DNA of 64,000 nt from an uncultured cyanobacterium (GTDB lineage Bacteria > Cyanobacteriota > Cyanobacteriia > CAKZMO01): positions 1 through 64,000 of the forward strand of contig CAVRCJ010000013.1 in the NCBI GenBank assembly GCA_963719515.1, in the 5' to 3' direction. Under the pieces are notes generated by a model. That model saw only the letters and a list, made by a program, of their open reading frames with translations, was not told the origin of the DNA and searched no databases. The position numbers and the translations under genes were made by a program. This document shows, in pieces, positions 59,938-64,000 of this stretch; the stretch's first letter is position 1; each line of letters opens with the position of its first letter.

Positions 59938-61134
59938 TCAGTGACTCCCAGCTACCGCTGAGACATTTCCTGAGAGATTAAGGGCTTGATGTCCCACAGC
60001 CCTATTCAATAGGTTGATAGCCGCGTTGTGGTCGCGACAGATCGTTAAGCCGCATGACGGGCAACTATGGACCCGATCGGCCAGCGTCTTTGGTACCCGC
60101 TCACCACAACCCGAGCAATCAATGCTGGTTCCGCGTGGGTTCTCAGCGATGGTCATCTTTCCAGCTTTCGCGGCTTTGAAAGAGCCTATCTCCAAGAATG
60201 TACCCCATGCGGCATCAGCGATTGACTTTGCCAGTCTGGTTCGAGCAAGTCCTTTGATGTTGAGCTTTTCATGAGCGACAACATCGTACTTTGAAAACAG
60301 CCAATCCCACACCTTAGAAAAGAAATCACGACGCTGACGCGATATCTTTAGGTGTAGTTTGGCGATGCGATTCACCTGCTTACGCCAGCGGTTAGAGCCC
60401 TTCTTCTGTCTCGATAGCTGCCGCTGCAGCTTGGATAGCTGCCGCTCTGAGCGTCGAAAGAACTGAGGGATAGGAACGCTCTCACCGTCACTGGTAACCA
60501 AGAAATCCTTCAGCCCAACATCAACACCGACAGACTTAGCCCTATCGACATCCGGAGTAAGCATCGGAACGGCATTGTTTTCCAGTAACAGGCTCACATA
60601 CCAACCATCTGCTTTGCGAGTCACCTTGGCCGTTTTGACAGTAAACCCATCAGGTATCGGGCGATGAAGGATTAGCTTCACCTGGCCAATCTTAGGCAGG
60701 GTAATACGACTTCCATCGATGCAGTCAGGTTTCATCTGCGGGAACGTGAACGTCCTGTAGCGCCCCGCGCCTTTGAACCGAGGCTTGCCGCTACGCTTAC
60801 CGTTTTTATCACCTTTGATGAAACGCTCGAACGTCTGCTTTACCTGCTTCGTCACCTCCTGAAGCGCTTGTGAGTGCAAATCTTTGTACCAGGGTCGCTC
60901 TCGCTTGAGAGGTACTAGGCTAGCCTTCTGGCTGTAGTAATTAGGATTATCTTTGAGTGGCGCAAGGCTACAGGTGAGTGGGCAGGCGTTGACCGAACAG
61001 CGGTTCATCTCCCACCAGTCGAAGCGCTCAGCCAGCAACCAGTTGTACTGTGCCCGAAGCATATCTAGCCATCGGGTCATGGTAACCGTTTGCTCAGCCG
61101 CTGGACGCAACTTGTACTGATGGGTGACTTTCAT
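59938..61134 (-). CDS. tnpB: RNA-guided endonuclease TnpB
   Basis: MKVTHQYKLRP start, GVDVG / HEKL / CRDHNAA, Zn finger CSGC..CPSC. Confidence 0.95.
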   Translation of the reverse strand: MKVTHQYKLRPAAEQTVTMTRWLDMLRAQYNWLLAERFDWWEMNRCSVNACPLTCSLAPLKDNPNYYSQKASLVPLKRERPWYKDLHSQALQEVTKQVKQTFERFIKGDKNGKRSGKPRFKGAGRYRTFTFPQMKPDCIDGSRITLPKIGQVKLILHRPIPDGFTVKTAKVTRKADGWYVSLLLENNAVPMLTPDVDRAKSVGVDVGLKDFLVTSDGESVPIPQFFRRSERQLSKLQRQLSRQKKGSNRWRKQVNRIAKLHLKISRQRRDFFSKVWDWLFSKYDVVAHEKLNIKGLARTRLAKSIADAAWGTFLEIGSFKAAKAGKMTIAENPRGTSIDCSGCGERVPKTLADRVHSCPSCGLTICRDHNAAINLLNRAVGHQALNLSGNVSAVAGSH

Positions 61135-61167
61135 GCAATAATGATAGCATATTGACATCAGAACGAC

Positions 61168-61350
61168 ATGCAGCAAATAACTATTAGAGCCGCTGACAGA
61201 GAAAAGCAGCATCTTGACAAGTATTGTGAGATGACCGAAAGAACTATCAACGATGTCCTTAGGGAGTACATCCGAAGTTTGGCCGTCTCCGGGGCATTGA
61301 GCCCCATCGACGACCGCGACTCTCATCCCGACGCTCACCCTGACGGGTAG
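61168..61350 (+). CDS. Ribbon-helix-helix (CopG-like) protein inside the IS
   Basis: QITIR strand, DREKQHLDKYCEMT helix, ERT turn, INDVLREYIRSL helix. Confidence 0.75.
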   Translation: MQQITIRAADREKQHLDKYCEMTERTINDVLREYIRSLAVSGALSPIDDRDSHPDAHPDG

Positions 61351-61667
61351 AGCGCGGGGCTTCCTGTCTAGTAGCTAAACAACCGTCAAACAACAGCCCT
61401 CAGGGCCGTTGACCTACCATGAGCTATCGACCGCCTCTAACGCTGGGCGCAGTCAATAATGCTAAGCTGCTTCCAGACGAAACCGTCGATGATCACGAGA
61501 CCAGTTTACGCCCTTTTTTTAGCTTGTGAGAACTGACAAAATCCAGCCGTGCGTCACCACGTTGTGTAACGCTGAATGCCTACAGCATTACGGGCTGTGT
61601 GACGCTGCTGGACGAGCTGCTTGGCGTCTACCCCCTTTAGCCCTGACAGGAGTCGATTGTCACCGCC

Positions 61668-62342
61668 ATGTTTATCTTGAAACGACAAGATGTCGAAATT
61701 TCAAGCATTCAGCATCCGAAGCGGAGCCAGAAGGTGCCGATCTTGCAGTATCAGGGTCAAACATTTCGGCTAATTAATATTTTTGGTGCAACTCAGTCCA
61801 ATGAGGCGAGGGCCTTTTGGCGTGACTTGACCGATAACCGAGGCAAGGCCTGTGTGCTGCTAGAAGAGCCTGAGCGCTACAGCATTTGGGGCAAGATTCG
61901 GCTTGATCAGCTGCAGGAGAGCGACGAGGATCCCCCAATTGGCAGTGCCAAACCTGTTTTGGTTCAGGCCTGTCTTCTCCTGCTGCAGGCGGTCCATATT
62001 GATATCGAAGATCTGTTGGGCGATCGCCAGCTCAAAATCTTTGAGCAAGAGCTGGTCAATTTGTTTAAGGGGAACCAGTTTCCGGGGGTAGACAGCCCAG
62101 ATGCGACAAACCAGCTGCTGACCATCGATCCACTGGCATCGCTTCAGGTTCCCCCCTGGCCAGAGGGCCATCTAACGACGCTGCTTCAGGAGCTGCATCG
62201 GTTAGGGAAAGAGCATTTTGGCAACGCGAACTTTACGCAGCGCGTGATGGAGACTTTGGAGGATATGCCAGACCCCGACCGCAGCGCGTTTTTGGCCTGG
62301 CTCAAGCAGTCGCCAGCCGGCCAGGCTTGGCAAATCAGCTGA
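61668..62342 (+). CDS. Conserved cyanobacterial protein (Npun_F0813-like)
   Basis: MFILKRQDVEI, FWRDLTDNRGKACVLLEE. Confidence 0.78.
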   Translation: MFILKRQDVEISSIQHPKRSQKVPILQYQGQTFRLINIFGATQSNEARAFWRDLTDNRGKACVLLEEPERYSIWGKIRLDQLQESDEDPPIGSAKPVLVQACLLLLQAVHIDIEDLLGDRQLKIFEQELVNLFKGNQFPGVDSPDATNQLLTIDPLASLQVPPWPEGHLTTLLQELHRLGKEHFGNANFTQRVMETLEDMPDPDRSAFLAWLKQSPAGQAWQIS

Positions 62343-62414
62343 GCCGCTCAGAACCAGCTATATCGAATTGATGCATGCCTATTGATACGCGCGTCTACCA
62401 CAAGAGGATGAGCT

Positions 62415-63494
62415 ATGAGTGACAATGTCAGCACAAAATCGTTGTCCGTACAAACGGTAGTTCTATTGGCGGCGCTGTGGGGCGTGGTCTCACTGATTAT
62501 CTTCTTATTGGGGAGCCCCATCTCCCCCCGCCCTCAGTGGTACGGCATCACCACCTACGCCTTGGAGAATTTAGCCTTTTTGGGTGCGGCCCTTCTGTGC
62601 TTGCGAAACTGGCGGAGCTCTCAGATTGTCAGCGGTAGGGCGGTGTGGCTATTGTTCGCAATCGGGATGCTGTCTTACTTCGCGGGCAATCTTATCTTGG
62701 CCTGGTGGGAGCTGGTCTGGAATCTGGAGCCCGACGTTTCCCCGGCAGATTTATTCTACCTGCTGACCTATCTGGTGTTGGGGGTTGGCATGCTGCTCGC
62801 CGTGGTGTCAAAGCGGCTAAATCTGACGGCGCTTCAATACGGGATTGTCGCTACGATCGCCGCTGTCGGTATTGGGGTCGCCTACTTTGCCTCCTACAGC
62901 GCCCCTCAAGACGCCGCCGTTTGGCCTCAGCCGGCATTGAGCCGGCCGACTGTATCCGCGGAGATCGTGCCGGCGGCGATCGCTCTAGAGCCCAGTCACT
63001 CCGCCGGTCAGGTAGCCCAAGCGCCGCCCCAGACCCCGCCGCCCGCTGCCCCGGCTGCCCCGGTTACCCCAGACCCCGCGCCAGATGCCCCGCCCCCCAC
63101 ACCAGAGTCCGCTCTAGAGCCCGTCGTCGAAGGCGATTCGTCTACGCCAGCATGGGTGAACGACCTCAATGAAGCCCTAGCGCCGTTCGCGGGTCCGGTC
63201 GGCTTACTGTACGTCGCTGGCGATGTCTTCCTTTTGGTGATGGCAGCGACCCTTTTGCTAGCATTTTGGGGGGGGCGGTTCTCGCTGTCCTGGCGCTTCA
63301 TTGCCGCTGCCGCGTTCTGCTTCTACATTGCCGACGTCTGGTTTGCTTACGCAATCTCCCAAATTGAAGGCTATGAGACGGGCGAGCTCCCTGAGGTTTT
63401 TTGGATTTTTAGCGCCGTGTTGTTTAGCATTGGCGCAGCGCTTGAGTACAGTTTGTCGACGCGATCGCGCCGGGGAATGCGGCGACGTGCCTAG
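62415..63494 (+). CDS. Multi-pass membrane protein with a Pro-rich loop
   Basis: About 9 TM segments, NWRSSQIVSGR, FWGGRFS. Confidence 0.8.
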   Translation: MSDNVSTKSLSVQTVVLLAALWGVVSLIIFLLGSPISPRPQWYGITTYALENLAFLGAALLCLRNWRSSQIVSGRAVWLLFAIGMLSYFAGNLILAWWELVWNLEPDVSPADLFYLLTYLVLGVGMLLAVVSKRLNLTALQYGIVATIAAVGIGVAYFASYSAPQDAAVWPQPALSRPTVSAEIVPAAIALEPSHSAGQVAQAPPQTPPPAAPAAPVTPDPAPDAPPPTPESALEPVVEGDSSTPAWVNDLNEALAPFAGPVGLLYVAGDVFLLVMAATLLLAFWGGRFSLSWRFIAAAAFCFYIADVWFAYAISQIEGYETGELPEVFWIFSAVLFSIGAALEYSLSTRSRRGMRRRA

Positions 63495-63569
63495 CAGCGC
63501 GGTTAGGATCTCTATCTAGATTCGGTTAGAATCACCTCACATCCCTAACGAGCGAGAGCTGCTAGCCCC

Positions 63570-64000
63570 ATGGCCCCCAAACGACTATCGAACCCAGAGA
63601 AGCAATCCATTCTTCAGCTCTACCGTCAGCCGACAGAAACTACATCTACCCTGGCAGCTCGCTTTGGCGTTAGCAGCAGCACGATTAGCCGCGTCCTGAA
63701 GCAAGGTCTATCGACCGATGAATACGAGGCTCTCGTGCAGCAAAAGCGTACCGGGGTGCCCCGCCCTTTTCCTGCAGCGGCCCCCGATCCTCTTGTGGAG
63801 TCTTCTTCCGAAGGAGTCGCGGCCTCTCGCCGGATTATGGCGACCGTAGAGATAGGAGGGATGGATGCGGGAGAAGTTGGAGGTGTGGTCCCCCCTGCAG
63901 CAGAGGCTGCCGAGACCGAAGAAGTGACCTCCCCACCGCCCGCTAGCACTGGGAAGCCTGGCCCTGTCTTACGAAAGCGCTCGAAGCGGGAAGAGGACGA
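63570..64000 (+). CDS. HTH-containing protein, partial (runs off the window)
   Basis: MAPKRLSNPEKQSILQLYRQPTETTSTLAARFGVSSSTISRVLK. Confidence 0.72.
   Translation, partial: MAPKRLSNPEKQSILQLYRQPTETTSTLAARFGVSSSTISRVLKQGLSTDEYEALVQQKRTGVPRPFPAAAPDPLVESSSEGVAASRRIMATVEIGGMDAGEVGGVVPPAAEAAETEEVTSPPPASTGKPGPVLRKRSKREED

Larger units (their letters stand above)
59892..61374 (-). mobile_element. IS200/IS605 element carrying tnpB and a divergent RHH gene, no tnpA
   Basis: Right end GAAG-cccgcgct..agcgtcggg-aggatg-TCAC. Left hairpin at 61326-61359, after TTTAG. Both ends shared with 33123-33514. Confidence 0.87.
1..64000. repeat. HIP1 octamer GCGATCGC dispersed throughout the window
   Basis: Many copies, for example near 89, 871, 1067 and 50068/50087. 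Not counted exactly. Confidence 0.95.

Noticed and set aside
12129..61134. Nuclease-dead TnpB (TldR-like) or Cas12-like effector
   Set aside because: All three TnpBs keep RuvC D-E-D and lie within IS ends. No CRISPR array or cas gene was seen.
61135..61338. 68-aa N-terminal extension of the third TnpB (466-aa ORF call)
   Set aside because: It overlaps the left-end hairpin and the RHH gene. TnpB homology starts at Met 61134.

Overview
This is a GC-rich cyanobacterial chromosome segment. The evidence is the very frequent HIP1 octamer GCGATCGC plus crtH, ftn2, pdhA, crr7, sir, argS, murD, thrS and tRNA-Arg(UCU). A filamentous Leptolyngbya/Nodosilinea-like host is my guess. On the housekeeping backbone sit five notable layers. 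(1) An IS200/IS605 population with no tnpA in the window: three full tnpB genes with intact RuvC D-E-D, one carrying a divergent ribbon-helix-helix gene where tnpA would be expected, two internally deleted derivatives, and a 177-bp stand-alone right-end/omegaRNA copy. (2) A ~4-kb cassette (MbnP-like, MbnH-like di-heme enzyme, internally deleted SLH porin) bounded by a diverged duplicate of a TMEM14 gene 3' end. (3) An accessory patch at 41.6-52.8 kb with a single-gene TIR-SLOG candidate defence protein, a MerR-TipAS-like-ClpN regulator, a deaminase/PLP-enzyme pair and gene debris. (4) A sulfite reductase with a C-terminal RHH-like tail. (5) Several frameshifted genes (upp, DUF1824, an esterase fragment). 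All calls come from reading motifs by eye. No database searches were run.
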